DNA from: a virus
Taxonomy: Duplodnaviria > Caudoviricetes
Length of the DNA: 64,000 bases
Strand: one strand, 5' to 3'
IMG/VR virus record: IMGVR_UViG_3300038345_000094
Location: 38,258 to 102,257 of that record
Shown in pieces: positions 36,101 through 45,864 of this stretch; position 1 is the first letter of the stretch; each line of letters opens with the position of its first letter. The translations under genes were made by a program, and so were the position numbers. The notes under the pieces were generated by a model. It made no database searches. It had not been told where the DNA came from and worked only from the letters and a program-made list of their open reading frames with translations.

Positions 36101-39100
36101 TTAGTGGACGATATGTAACGCAAGATGAGCTGAATGAGTTCTTCGCGAAGCGATATGATAACGATTGGTATTCCTACGTTGATAAAGGCGGTGTGAGACA
36201 TTATTATCTTGATATTCTTGAGCAAATCAAGAATAATGGTAATATCGGCAATCTCGAGTATATGCAAAAGCTCGATTGTAACGGTATTGACTATAAGTAT
36301 ATGTCTCCGAAATCGTATGCTCTATCAATTCTGTCCGACTATTTCGATCAGCGAGATCGTAATGTGGCAGTCTATAGAGCTCCTATCGCATCTGATAAGC
36401 CAGCTATGGATACTATCCGTTGGCGTAGACTTGGTAACAGAAGCAAGACATCAGCTAACTATCAGACTGTTATCGGTACTCAAGTATGGAAGATTGTCGG
36501 TCAGGAAATCAATCGTTCTCGTCAAGTTCTGAATGACTCGATCAACGGTAAGGCTCCAGTTGCTAACTTCGGAATTAAATTCAGAGGAAGTGAAGCCGCC
36601 TTACGTGCGAGACATCAGGAAATCATTAAGAAGATTCAGGCGGGCGAAAATGTTACAATCGGCGATCTCTTTGTAAACGGCAAGTATGTCTATGCAAAGA
36701 GCGGCGTTGGATTCAAGCAAGTTCGTTTTGTGCAATCGATTCTCGAAGGTAAATTCCACACTGGAGAAGCAGATATCGATATGGCAATCGCGGAATTCCG
36801 TCAGGTTTTAGTTGATGCTATCTTTAACGGTAAGGATTCTATCAATAAGATGAGCGATGTATTCGCTACGGCATTCGACTGGGCTATGGGGCTGAAGGTG
36901 CTATCCAATATGGAGTATCTGAACAAGATTGGTCTTCTTGAGCTTACTAGGGTTGAGAAGATGAATCCTACCGAGATGGACATTCTTGATTCTCAAGGGC
37001 GTGCTTGGACATACAAGTATAAGTATCTCCAATCTATTCTCTATGAGTTCTTCAAGGATACTAAGACTCAGGGAGAACGGATGCCAGAGACTGCTGAAGA
37101 CCTCGAAGCTCTTCTTGAAGATGCACTTACGGAGTTAGTTTACAACAACTACATAATGCAGATTCAGATGTGTGAGCTTTTCGGTGTTGACCTTGCTTAC
37201 TATGACGGTACTACGGACTTCCAGAAGCGTATGGCCCAGACGAGATCGACTGGTCAAAAGTTGAACAAAAGTGCAACTATGTTTGGTCGACCAATCTCTG
37301 ATGGTATTCTTCGTACAATAACTCTCGAGAGTGTTATCCACAAGACAGCATACGAGAAGGACGAAGTTGAGGCTGCTCTTCTTTCTTACGCTAAGACAAT
37401 TAAGAACGAGACTGAGAGGAATTCTTTCCTTGCTTCTATTCCGAATATTGTCAAGCTGTATGAAGATAATGATGCAACCGATGGTCAGGCTTGGAACTGC
37501 TTGTCTTCTCTTCGTAAGAAGCATCATATGGCAGGCAAATGGTCTTACAGTAAAGACGATGTCCGTATCGGTGAAACTAACGATGGTAAGACTTTCTGGA
37601 ATGAAGACTCCGATACTGACGAAGCCGTCTATCAGCGTATAATGCATGGTCATCCTCTTCCTAAGGATTTCTTCCATGTGTTTACGCAAATTGACAAGCC
37701 GTTTGTTTATGATGTCTCTATGAGAGATGGTCGTCCAGTTCCGATTCAGCAGAAGAACTCCGAATACACTCATGTGATTGTCAATCAGATGATGTCTGGA
37801 TATAAGCCACAAGATCCTCTGTCTGTGCTTATCTCTGTAATGGAAGATACTTATCGTATCAATCCTCAGACTGGTTTGGACACTGCGAACTTCGATTCTG
37901 TCGTTAAGGTTGGTAATAGTCGTTCTATCAATATTGATACTGACATCGATACACTTAAGAAGAATCTTCGTAGTATTCTCTTTAAGGGTATTGCTGATGG
38001 TCAGAATCACTATGATCCGACATATGTGACTCAAATTGATGTTGATAGCTATGCTTATCAGCAGAATAACCCTGAGCACTTTATCGACCATAAGCAGCTT
38101 CTTGGCTCGCAGGAGAAGATTCTGAGCGTCATTAATACTAATGATGAGGACGAATTCAACTTCACAGCACAGAAGACCTTGAAGTCTATACTGAAGGATA
38201 AAGACCTTGCGAATAAATTAGGGTTCAAGCTCACTACGCAGAAGTCCATTGACGGTAAGACATTAAAGACTGTGTATTTTAACGTACTTGCTGAGCGTAC
38301 TCGTCTTGCGGAAGATATTCTTCGAGATGAATTAGCTCTGAATAAGGTGCGTCGTAAGAAACTCTCTAAGATGTCGCAGAAGCTGAAATATACTATGTCG
38401 ATGAATCAGAAGTATAGTGCTGATGACGTTCGTGCTGTTTCGCTTCGTAAGGGTAACTTCGTGCTTGCTGCTGAAGATCCTAGTCAAGCTGCTAACATCA
38501 AGGCTGCTACTTCTTCTTGGGTTAAAAAGGCGATGTATCGTCAGGAGGTTCTCGGTGGGCCAATCGTTCAGGCAACTGGATTTGGTCAGTCTAAGGAGCT
38601 TAAAACCATCTTTAACAACGGTAGGTTTGATCATTTCGAGACGATCATTCCAATGCCCGAGCAAATAAGACGACTTCTTCGTAACGAAGACGGTGTTATT
38701 GCAGAAGAGTTCTTCGACTATGACAACGGTAAGTGGAAATTCGGTAATATCAAGTCTTACCTCCGTAGTATCGGAGCGTCTGACATGCTGAAAGTTCTGC
38801 TTTATCGTATTCCGTCTGAAGGAAAGTATTCTATCTTCCCTTGCGAAGTGGTTGGATTTGCTCCTGACGGTGGTGGCGATGTAGTCTTCCTGCCAGATGT
38901 CGGTACAACGATTGCCGGTTTCGACTTCGATACCGATAAGCTCTTCGCTATCATGAAGGAGTACGCAACCCGCAAAGATCTCGAGACTGGCAAGATTAAG
39001 CAACTCTTCGATGATGAGACTGGTATGGCAATTGAGTATACTCCGTTTGCTCGGTCGAAGAAAGGCCAGATGGCTGGATATAATAATGTCCTCTTCGACT

Positions 39101-41706
39101 TACAATGGATGTCTCTTACGTCTGAACAGTCTGCTTCTGAAATATTCGATCCGGGTAACTTCCAAGACTTAACTGATCTTTCTTATCGGATTGAATTGAT
39201 GAAAGCCCGTGATGAACAAGGACAGCCGCTCTATCGTCTGCAAGACATCATGAGTATGCCGTCCAAGCAGCTGAAAGAACAGTGGACTCAATTGAACGAT
39301 ATGGATCCAGCAGACTTCGAAACGATGATTAAACTGCACGATCAGAATATGTCGTCTAAGGAGATGCTTGGTATCGCTGCTGTTTCTAATATCTCTCACG
39401 CGCAGTTGAGTATGTTCACTCAGGAGAAGCAAGGAAAGAGAATTCATCAGACTCTTCCTTACAAACTGAGATTGCAGTTTGCGTGGAATGATAAGAGTGG
39501 CCCTCGTGTGCATGTATTGTCAGACTTCGCGAGTGTTGATGAACGTACGAACATCAATGGTGAGCTTATCTCCAAGTATACTCGTAAGTATGTGGGTGCT
39601 GCGGCTGATGCTGCTAAGAATCCTACACTTGCTAGACTTGGTGCAGATAAGGTGACCTTCCCTGTCATTCAGTGGTTGCTTCGTGCGGGACTTCCGATGC
39701 AAGTTGTGCATCTATATACTGCGCTTCCTGTCTTCTCAAGACTGAGTGCGTTATATAAGTCTCTCAGTGACGACGGTAAGTCATCTGTGAATTACGCTAT
39801 TGCTAAACTCGAATCGACTATATTCAATGAAAATAGGGCTCAATTCAATGGGTATAACAATCTTGATGCGTATAAGCAGACACTCTATCCAGTCGATGCG
39901 AAGGGACGTCGTACTGCGAGAACGATTTCTATCAACGAGGATGAGCTTATTAATATAATCTATTCCGGTGAGATGAATGCATATGAGCAAATTAAAGCCC
40001 TTGAGGACTTTAAGGAGTTATCTGCATTATCTCAGAAGTTGACTACTCTTTCTAACTATGGTCGAATCAACTCCGTTATTGCTGGTCCTAAGGCAACGAT
40101 TGAAGAGAATGAAGCCATTGAAGAGAGAGTTGAAAAAGCGGAAGCGCTCTTTGAGGGTATGTTCCCGGATTTCACGAACATTACATTTAATGATGTCGTG
40201 AAGTTCATGCCGTACGAGACTCAGATGTACAAGTCTATACAAAGACTGCTTGATGCATTGCAGGGAGATTTGTTCCCGTCTTATCAGAGTGATTCTTATA
40301 ATCAGATCTTATCTCTCATTTCGAGAATTACTGGTAAGGAATTATCTGCTGATATAAAGGAACGAATCAACGAAGCGCAGAAGCTGTATGCATTATCTCT
40401 TTCTGCTTATGACCTCGGAGATCAGGATTTCATAATGATGTATGACGACGCAGAAGCAAAGAAATATCTTGTTGACTTCCCTCGTTATTTCGTGAAGGAA
40501 CTCAGTGAGATTAAAGCAATGAATACTGATTTAAGTGACGACCTTGATGAGAACTTACTCTTAGGTCTTATTGGTGAACCGATGGCTCCTACAGCAACGT
40601 GCCCTATTGAGACGTTGAATACGAGTATCTTCGGTGCCGATGATGACTTTAAGTATAAGGTCACTCAAGCATGGCAATCGTTAATGTCTTATACGAATAA
40701 AGACATGACGAAAGAACAGCTTGAGAGAACTCATAAGCTAGCACTCGATCTGTTCAGATACTTTACGCTTCGTAATCGTGGTAAGTCATTTGATACGAGG
40801 ACTCCTTGGCATCTTGCACCTCTCGATCTTAAGACTCTCATACCGGGATATAATGAGCGACTGAAGAAGATTCAATCATTTACTATTCCCGCTGGAGAAT
40901 TTGCAGTACAGTTCTTATTGAATAACTGTGAAAGAGAGGACCTGTTCGAAATCCTACCGGCTGAAGACCTGCAGGAATTTGCAGAAGGGTATGTTCCAAA
41001 TTCATCTTCTGGAGAACTGAAGATAAAGCCTGAATATATGGAGCTTCTCGATGAAGACAAATCTAATTTCCTTACTATTGTATATGGAGAAGAATCCGCA
41101 ACAACATCTGTTCGACTCTCTCCGATGCAGTATCTCGGTAATAATAAGATTTTGCTTCTTGGCGACGGAGATGACATACTTCGCGGCTATGTCGAAGTCC
41201 CGATTATCGAGTTACTCGATGGTGCTGGCGAGCTGTCTACATTCACGATGGAGAGACCCGTGAAATACAAGATCGTTCATCGTCTTGGTATTCCGGGGAT
41301 CATCGCGGAGTATTATCCATTCTTAAAGGATTCTGCTTATCGCGGAATGAAGACAGACCCGAAGAACCCCGTGTATTTCGATACGGACAATGAAGATACG
41401 AAACTCACTGGTCTTTCCGTTCGTGGACGTAAGATTACAGTAAGCTCTCAGATGTTAGGAACCAACCTCAACTATATGGTTCTTGAATCAGCGAGACGTC
41501 TTGGTTATGACATTGGTAACGCATTTACGCTCGATCCTGTGAATAGCAGGATATCTAGCGTGAGAGCAGCCAATATGCTTAAGATGAAAGATGACGCGCT
41601 GCTTGAAGCTCTTGGATTCAGAAAGAAGAGCGAGTTCGCTAATGATAGCGAGAAGGTCAGCACCCTTGTCGAATCGATAAGGAGAAGACTCGAAGAAATA
41701 TGTTAA
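33118..41706 (+). CDS. virion-packaged DNA-dependent RNA polymerase (crAss-like) with SLOG domain
   Basis: GFDFDTDK catalytic motif at 38923-38937, TDGQ and YRIP motifs; 2862 aa. Confidence 0.9.
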   Translation: MANNAEYCPVLTSGLGLAVAQRLNDLYGMSPDLTSTILRNAGKHLGDDGFNTVDEIFADDGFKQSLADRTGVGEPAYFTDKAIFTSANNIYNILVASGYITKDGTMTVAGVERMDDMIEAFMNLVDDELQSPVRAWKDINGNWHGYVQKPELSNVVSKPTQLTLFNEDGSDIREEHKDSRPLVTKVISGAQTGVDTLGLIIAHDLGIETGGTTAPGFVREQNVDKYTREDLEKLGVVEISEELQAGKTDKEFYLPRTEQNVINSDGTVYFYTSKDQGGVIATRRFARTHQKPFIINPTGPQLRKFIIDNNIKVLNVAGNRGSKLEKPEQIERVLREGLMSAAIEGQTTAITIRTQTGETKNAEIPKQYIDEKIQEQLEALDDKELSDFAFFLGQDPSVKEHNKAAITEAFEKGLDAQFEKEAQRAEPDEDDEPRDVFRRKFKNKNMLTHLAESLVRQMSIIVNELQDDEKVNGEFPNARNIFGDDFRDVDFTPKERKDILLDSQYFKAIRNKAASRIFSGKAEDPSLQWVFDMFFGGKTKGMVNGEEREVDNLSLLLQFGRTMMRRNERIRILDDGTREQVNEDEDITSDEEQEDSDSYIDGEGNGYESQEQYKLADDIRSASDKITQRIKIMLSNIMEYDLFDGEYLPISDPFGLGTPTYIDQGRAVNTLLNVLNGADTIDTMIKRLRANLDAYPWFIDVLQRIEPHENESISREKLRNEFFGSMRKDKTVFTSTMTMEREDGTIRTRYAERNRGTGSKKNKANIVAQFDSQEGLPIFKYNRIDFTSDYFLYALNRLQPNITQENAPKTILGSRRQPNLITMLSREYASDPEGLYADLSVEYLEDSDDQPKDQFETWNTFVQIYHVLKGFGVEVTPRAFYAMAIADMNSGRDDFLQTNIGRIITKLHSIAKQLNYFRPVEETGFQYYYYNPLAYDAERKQNDRDYIYLAPDYDEMLDIVGAFTESPTESMAYVDHRAHYAFNYPTFIQSTIAKLSGRYVTQDELNEFFAKRYDNDWYSYVDKGGVRHYYLDILEQIKNNGNIGNLEYMQKLDCNGIDYKYMSPKSYALSILSDYFDQRDRNVAVYRAPIASDKPAMDTIRWRRLGNRSKTSANYQTVIGTQVWKIVGQEINRSRQVLNDSINGKAPVANFGIKFRGSEAALRARHQEIIKKIQAGENVTIGDLFVNGKYVYAKSGVGFKQVRFVQSILEGKFHTGEADIDMAIAEFRQVLVDAIFNGKDSINKMSDVFATAFDWAMGLKVLSNMEYLNKIGLLELTRVEKMNPTEMDILDSQGRAWTYKYKYLQSILYEFFKDTKTQGERMPETAEDLEALLEDALTELVYNNYIMQIQMCELFGVDLAYYDGTTDFQKRMAQTRSTGQKLNKSATMFGRPISDGILRTITLESVIHKTAYEKDEVEAALLSYAKTIKNETERNSFLASIPNIVKLYEDNDATDGQAWNCLSSLRKKHHMAGKWSYSKDDVRIGETNDGKTFWNEDSDTDEAVYQRIMHGHPLPKDFFHVFTQIDKPFVYDVSMRDGRPVPIQQKNSEYTHVIVNQMMSGYKPQDPLSVLISVMEDTYRINPQTGLDTANFDSVVKVGNSRSINIDTDIDTLKKNLRSILFKGIADGQNHYDPTYVTQIDVDSYAYQQNNPEHFIDHKQLLGSQEKILSVINTNDEDEFNFTAQKTLKSILKDKDLANKLGFKLTTQKSIDGKTLKTVYFNVLAERTRLAEDILRDELALNKVRRKKLSKMSQKLKYTMSMNQKYSADDVRAVSLRKGNFVLAAEDPSQAANIKAATSSWVKKAMYRQEVLGGPIVQATGFGQSKELKTIFNNGRFDHFETIIPMPEQIRRLLRNEDGVIAEEFFDYDNGKWKFGNIKSYLRSIGASDMLKVLLYRIPSEGKYSIFPCEVVGFAPDGGGDVVFLPDVGTTIAGFDFDTDKLFAIMKEYATRKDLETGKIKQLFDDETGMAIEYTPFARSKKGQMAGYNNVLFDLQWMSLTSEQSASEIFDPGNFQDLTDLSYRIELMKARDEQGQPLYRLQDIMSMPSKQLKEQWTQLNDMDPADFETMIKLHDQNMSSKEMLGIAAVSNISHAQLSMFTQEKQGKRIHQTLPYKLRLQFAWNDKSGPRVHVLSDFASVDERTNINGELISKYTRKYVGAAADAAKNPTLARLGADKVTFPVIQWLLRAGLPMQVVHLYTALPVFSRLSALYKSLSDDGKSSVNYAIAKLESTIFNENRAQFNGYNNLDAYKQTLYPVDAKGRRTARTISINEDELINIIYSGEMNAYEQIKALEDFKELSALSQKLTTLSNYGRINSVIAGPKATIEENEAIEERVEKAEALFEGMFPDFTNITFNDVVKFMPYETQMYKSIQRLLDALQGDLFPSYQSDSYNQILSLISRITGKELSADIKERINEAQKLYALSLSAYDLGDQDFIMMYDDAEAKKYLVDFPRYFVKELSEIKAMNTDLSDDLDENLLLGLIGEPMAPTATCPIETLNTSIFGADDDFKYKVTQAWQSLMSYTNKDMTKEQLERTHKLALDLFRYFTLRNRGKSFDTRTPWHLAPLDLKTLIPGYNERLKKIQSFTIPAGEFAVQFLLNNCEREDLFEILPAEDLQEFAEGYVPNSSSGELKIKPEYMELLDEDKSNFLTIVYGEESATTSVRLSPMQYLGNNKILLLGDGDDILRGYVEVPIIELLDGAGELSTFTMERPVKYKIVHRLGIPGIIAEYYPFLKDSAYRGMKTDPKNPVYFDTDNEDTKLTGLSVRGRKITVSSQMLGTNLNYMVLESARRLGYDIGNAFTLDPVNSRISSVRAANMLKMKDDALLEALGFRKKSEFANDSEKVSTLVESIRRRLEEIC

Positions 41707-41711
41707 ACTAA

Positions 41712-44700
41712 ATGGCACTTGCATGTAGTGTAAACGTTAATGCCAAGAATGGGAAAAAGAGCAGGTTATTCTATGACCTGCTCTCCCATACTGGCAATCG
41801 TGAGCTATCCAAACAATTATGGTCTATAGCTCAAGAGGAGTCTCTGATGGAAGAGTTTGACGGATTGGAAAGGGACAGCAATGGAGAAATAACATATGAG
41901 TCTTTCTCTAAAGCGACAAATCTGACAAATCTTCTTGATAGACAACACCAAATAAATGAAGAGGCTAGAGCCTTAGGTATCGTTGATAAAAACGGTGCCC
42001 CTCTTTTTTTTGATAGCATATCAACCGCCCTTGATAGAGCGATACAGTTCAATGAAGGGAAGGACGATTTCGTGGCAGAAGTAAAACTCGATGGTAAGCC
42101 ATTCGTTCAAATACGAGAGAAGACACTCGAGGATTCAACCGCGAATAATCAAATGAAATTCAAGAGAGACCTTAACAATAGGCTTCTCGATATGCTTCAC
42201 AGAATGGGATTCGACGTCTCCTTTATGGAAGATAGCCATAAAGAAGGTATATTCAATCCTATGTTCGCTGGCCAGAACGCCAGTAATCTCAAGACTGTCA
42301 TTCAAATCTCTAAAGGCGAGAGAGGCGAAGAGGCTTTTCCTGAGGAAATGTCTCACCTTATTATCGCTGGATTGAAGAATGATATTCGCGTAGAGAGACT
42401 TCGTGCTTCTGTGACACAAGATGTCATTGAGGAAGTCTTGGGAGATCAGTACGAAAATTATAGAAAACAATATAGCGACTCTGCAGATGTCGACGCTTAC
42501 CTGCAAGAAGAAGCAATGGGCAAGATGCTCGCAGACGCTCTTGTTAACGGTATAGACAGAAGCCCTCTTTTAAGGCGCATTTGGAACCGTTCTAAGGAGT
42601 TATTTGCCCGCGGTGATACTGCGTATATAGACGACCAAATAAATGGCTTAAAAACGAATTTAGAGGCCGTTGTTGAGGTTGTCAATAACCCCGAAGAACT
42701 CGAGTCTATTATCGATAAAGATGCGATACTCGCAAGTAAGCCGTTGTATAAACTGGCGTCAGAATTGCGAAGTATGCGAGATATCGCCCTTGAAGGAGAA
42801 CGATTGTTAGCTAAGCGATTACAGCTATATAAGTTGGATAACGAGTACGATGACGCAAAGAGAGAACGGCGTAACGAAGATATGGAAGAGATGAATGAGC
42901 TCCGTACGCTTATTAGCAATAGGCAATACGAGGCTTCTTGTTTCCGCATCCTAGACGATACTCTTCGTCAGATTATTCGTCTTAACAACGACATGGAACG
43001 GCTCGCTGAATTCAGGGATACTAACAATCCTAGCATAAAGGAATTGGCAGCTGTTGCAAGACAGATCAATAAGATTAAACAATTTAATGATGCTTACACT
43101 CCTCTTATTGATGCTCTGCTATCTATAGATGTTCTTGTTGCTAATGGAGAAATATCTTTAGACGAAGGAACAGTGGAAGAGATTCAGAAGATAGCACAAG
43201 AAGTTAGCGGATATCAGACGACAATCAATAAGAGTCAACAGTTGCTTCGATTCCGAGTGATTAAGAACTGGGTCGGCATGACATATGGCGAAGAAAGACT
43301 TAAGGTAATGGCTTCAAATCCTGAGGAAGCACAATCTCTCGAGATGATATGCCGTCGAGCCGAACGAGATATCACATCGATTGGGCAGAATCTCTCTTCT
43401 CTTGGCGATAGTGGAAACCCGTTGCTTAATGTTCTTCACGCCATTGTGGCTCGTCAACAGGCTCAACGGAATAATATGATTAACGAGTATTATTCTTTCC
43501 TTCAGGCGTCTGCTGCTAAACTCAAGGAGGCTGGCCATAATGACAGCAGCTTCGTGTTTGCAAAAGATGAGAACGGAGTTCCTACTGGTAGATTTGAAAG
43601 CATCTATGATTTCGATGCATACGAAAGAGCAAAACAAGCGTATATAGATGAGCTCAAGGAAAACGAAGAGATGACCGACCGCGAGTTTATGATGCGCGTT
43701 CGGATGTGGGAGCAAGACAACCAACAATGGTATGTCGTAGATGAATCCACTGGCAGAACAGAGTTGCTGCCTGATCTTGAGAAGTATAAGAATGAACACT
43801 TCCAAGAAGGCTGGGATCAAGCAATGAAGGATTATTATGATGATATACTTGAATACAAGGCAATGCTTGATTCTCTTCTTCCTATTCCGGCTCAACATTT
43901 GTTCCATGCGCCACAAGTAGATAAATCTGTTGTCGAAAGTCTTGACGTTACTGATCCACAAGGCTCTCTTAAGAGACTATGGAGCAAGATTAAAGACCAT
44001 TACTTTGGAACGAATGATAATGTTCGTACTGGTGTGAATCCCGATCAACTTGCTAGTCAATCTGACGACACAGATCTCATCTATACCGATGATGAGTTTG
44101 AGTTCTCAAAGTCTAGCTTCCTTGATTATTCTGGGCAACCTGTTAAGACAGTTCCTGTTTATTATGTGAAAGACCTTGAAGATATGAATCTTCTATCGAC
44201 AGACGCAACAAAGGCTATGATATCATACGCTTGTATGGCTGTTAACTATGGCGAGATGACAAAGATTGCAGACCTTGCTTTATTGCTGAAAGAACACGTT
44301 CGTGAAGAATATGTTGTTTCTCAGCGTAAGGCTGGCAATAAGATCTTCGAGAAGTTCAATATCATTGACAAGGATTATCTTACACCATACGAAGTCAAGG
44401 GTGAGAATACAAGAATATACAAAGCGTTAAATGATTTCCTTGAGGCAAACATGTTCGGTGGGGCACATGAAGATATGGTGGTCTTGAAGAACGGTCTTAA
44501 GACACACGCCGTCTTTGAAGACTTTAGAAGCTATGTCTCAAAGAATGCTCTTGGATTTAACTTGTTCTCTGGCTTATCTAACGTCACAATGGGCGAGGCT
44601 CAGATGACAGCTGAAGCTGTTGGCGGTTATCACTTCAATGTCAAGGATTTGCTTTGGGCTCACAAGGAATACAACAAGCTGTTAGGCCATTTTATTTATG

Positions 44701-45821
44701 AGGCTGGGAGTACGCATAAGACGAATAAGCTAGACTTGCTTATGAATGCATTCAATGCTGATGAAGAATTCTTTAGAAGCATACAAGAAGATGTATATAA
44801 TAAGAATGCATTTATGCGTGTGATGGGTAAGTTTAATTCTTTATTCTTACAGAGTGCTGGTGAACATATGATGCATGCAGTCGATATGCTGGCTATATTA
44901 CATCATATACAGACTAACCACGGTAGTCTTTATGACGCCATTGAGATAAAGAGTTATAATGGTGCGTACCAAGTTGTCTTGAAAGAAGGCACGACTATTG
45001 ACGCAGAAGCAAAGGGTAATAAGGGCAAAAACTGGTATACGAATCTCAGCAAGAGTTCTGATGGTTTATATCATGTCGACGAAGATAACCCGCTTAATAT
45101 GAATACACTCTTTAATGATGTGTCTGTTTATATTAACCGCGTCAATGCTGGACTCCACGGTGGTTATGCCCAGATAGAGAAAGGTACTGCAAATAGAAAG
45201 TGGTTCTGGCGATTACTTACTCAATTCAGACAATGGATGCCGGGTACTTATAATGAGTTATACCACGGAGAATATTATGATGCTATCTATGGTATTAATC
45301 GTAGTGGTGCATTCAATACCGTGTGGAAATTCATTAAAGACTTAGCTCTTGACGTCAAACGAGGAGAGGTCTCTCTTGCTTTAAACTGGGATCATCTCAA
45401 TGATTTCGAGAAGTCTCAATGTAAGAAAGCGTTCTTCACTTCATCTCTGTTTATCGTAATGTCTGGCCTGGCAATGCTTGCTCGCGGTCTTTCAGACAAG
45501 GATCGTCCTTGGGCTTCCAAGATGCTTAGATACCAGATTGAACGTCTCAGACTTGAAACTGGCGCTCTCGTGCCTAATATGACAATGCTCGAGAATTTCA
45601 CTCAGATATTACAATCTCCTATGGCTGGTATTGACGGTGTTAATAACATACTTAATGCTCTTAAATTCTGGCAAGCTGCAGATGAAATCGAGTCTGGGCG
45701 ATACGAAGGTTGGTCTGTTTGGGAGCGAAATCTCTTTAAAGCAATTCCATATCATAATATAGTAAAGGCAATGGACATGAAGGACGACAACTATATGTTC
45801 CGAATGTTCGATTCCAAGTAA
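41712..45821 (+). CDS. large virion/ejection protein
   Basis: 1369 aa directly after RNAP; zincin-like PEEMSH remnant; helical C-terminal region. Confidence 0.7.
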   Translation: MALACSVNVNAKNGKKSRLFYDLLSHTGNRELSKQLWSIAQEESLMEEFDGLERDSNGEITYESFSKATNLTNLLDRQHQINEEARALGIVDKNGAPLFFDSISTALDRAIQFNEGKDDFVAEVKLDGKPFVQIREKTLEDSTANNQMKFKRDLNNRLLDMLHRMGFDVSFMEDSHKEGIFNPMFAGQNASNLKTVIQISKGERGEEAFPEEMSHLIIAGLKNDIRVERLRASVTQDVIEEVLGDQYENYRKQYSDSADVDAYLQEEAMGKMLADALVNGIDRSPLLRRIWNRSKELFARGDTAYIDDQINGLKTNLEAVVEVVNNPEELESIIDKDAILASKPLYKLASELRSMRDIALEGERLLAKRLQLYKLDNEYDDAKRERRNEDMEEMNELRTLISNRQYEASCFRILDDTLRQIIRLNNDMERLAEFRDTNNPSIKELAAVARQINKIKQFNDAYTPLIDALLSIDVLVANGEISLDEGTVEEIQKIAQEVSGYQTTINKSQQLLRFRVIKNWVGMTYGEERLKVMASNPEEAQSLEMICRRAERDITSIGQNLSSLGDSGNPLLNVLHAIVARQQAQRNNMINEYYSFLQASAAKLKEAGHNDSSFVFAKDENGVPTGRFESIYDFDAYERAKQAYIDELKENEEMTDREFMMRVRMWEQDNQQWYVVDESTGRTELLPDLEKYKNEHFQEGWDQAMKDYYDDILEYKAMLDSLLPIPAQHLFHAPQVDKSVVESLDVTDPQGSLKRLWSKIKDHYFGTNDNVRTGVNPDQLASQSDDTDLIYTDDEFEFSKSSFLDYSGQPVKTVPVYYVKDLEDMNLLSTDATKAMISYACMAVNYGEMTKIADLALLLKEHVREEYVVSQRKAGNKIFEKFNIIDKDYLTPYEVKGENTRIYKALNDFLEANMFGGAHEDMVVLKNGLKTHAVFEDFRSYVSKNALGFNLFSGLSNVTMGEAQMTAEAVGGYHFNVKDLLWAHKEYNKLLGHFIYEAGSTHKTNKLDLLMNAFNADEEFFRSIQEDVYNKNAFMRVMGKFNSLFLQSAGEHMMHAVDMLAILHHIQTNHGSLYDAIEIKSYNGAYQVVLKEGTTIDAEAKGNKGKNWYTNLSKSSDGLYHVDEDNPLNMNTLFNDVSVYINRVNAGLHGGYAQIEKGTANRKWFWRLLTQFRQWMPGTYNELYHGEYYDAIYGINRSGAFNTVWKFIKDLALDVKRGEVSLALNWDHLNDFEKSQCKKAFFTSSLFIVMSGLAMLARGLSDKDRPWASKMLRYQIERLRLETGALVPNMTMLENFTQILQSPMAGIDGVNNILNALKFWQAADEIESGRYEGWSVWERNLFKAIPYHNIVKAMDMKDDNYMFRMFDSK

Positions 45822-45822
45822 C

Positions 45823-45864
45823 AAAAAAGGGAGCAACCAAATCGGTTGTTCCCTTTCTTTTTTT
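45823..45864. terminator. bidirectional intrinsic terminator between convergent modules
   Basis: A-tract, GGGAGCAACC/GGTTGTTCCC stem, T-tract. Confidence 0.9.
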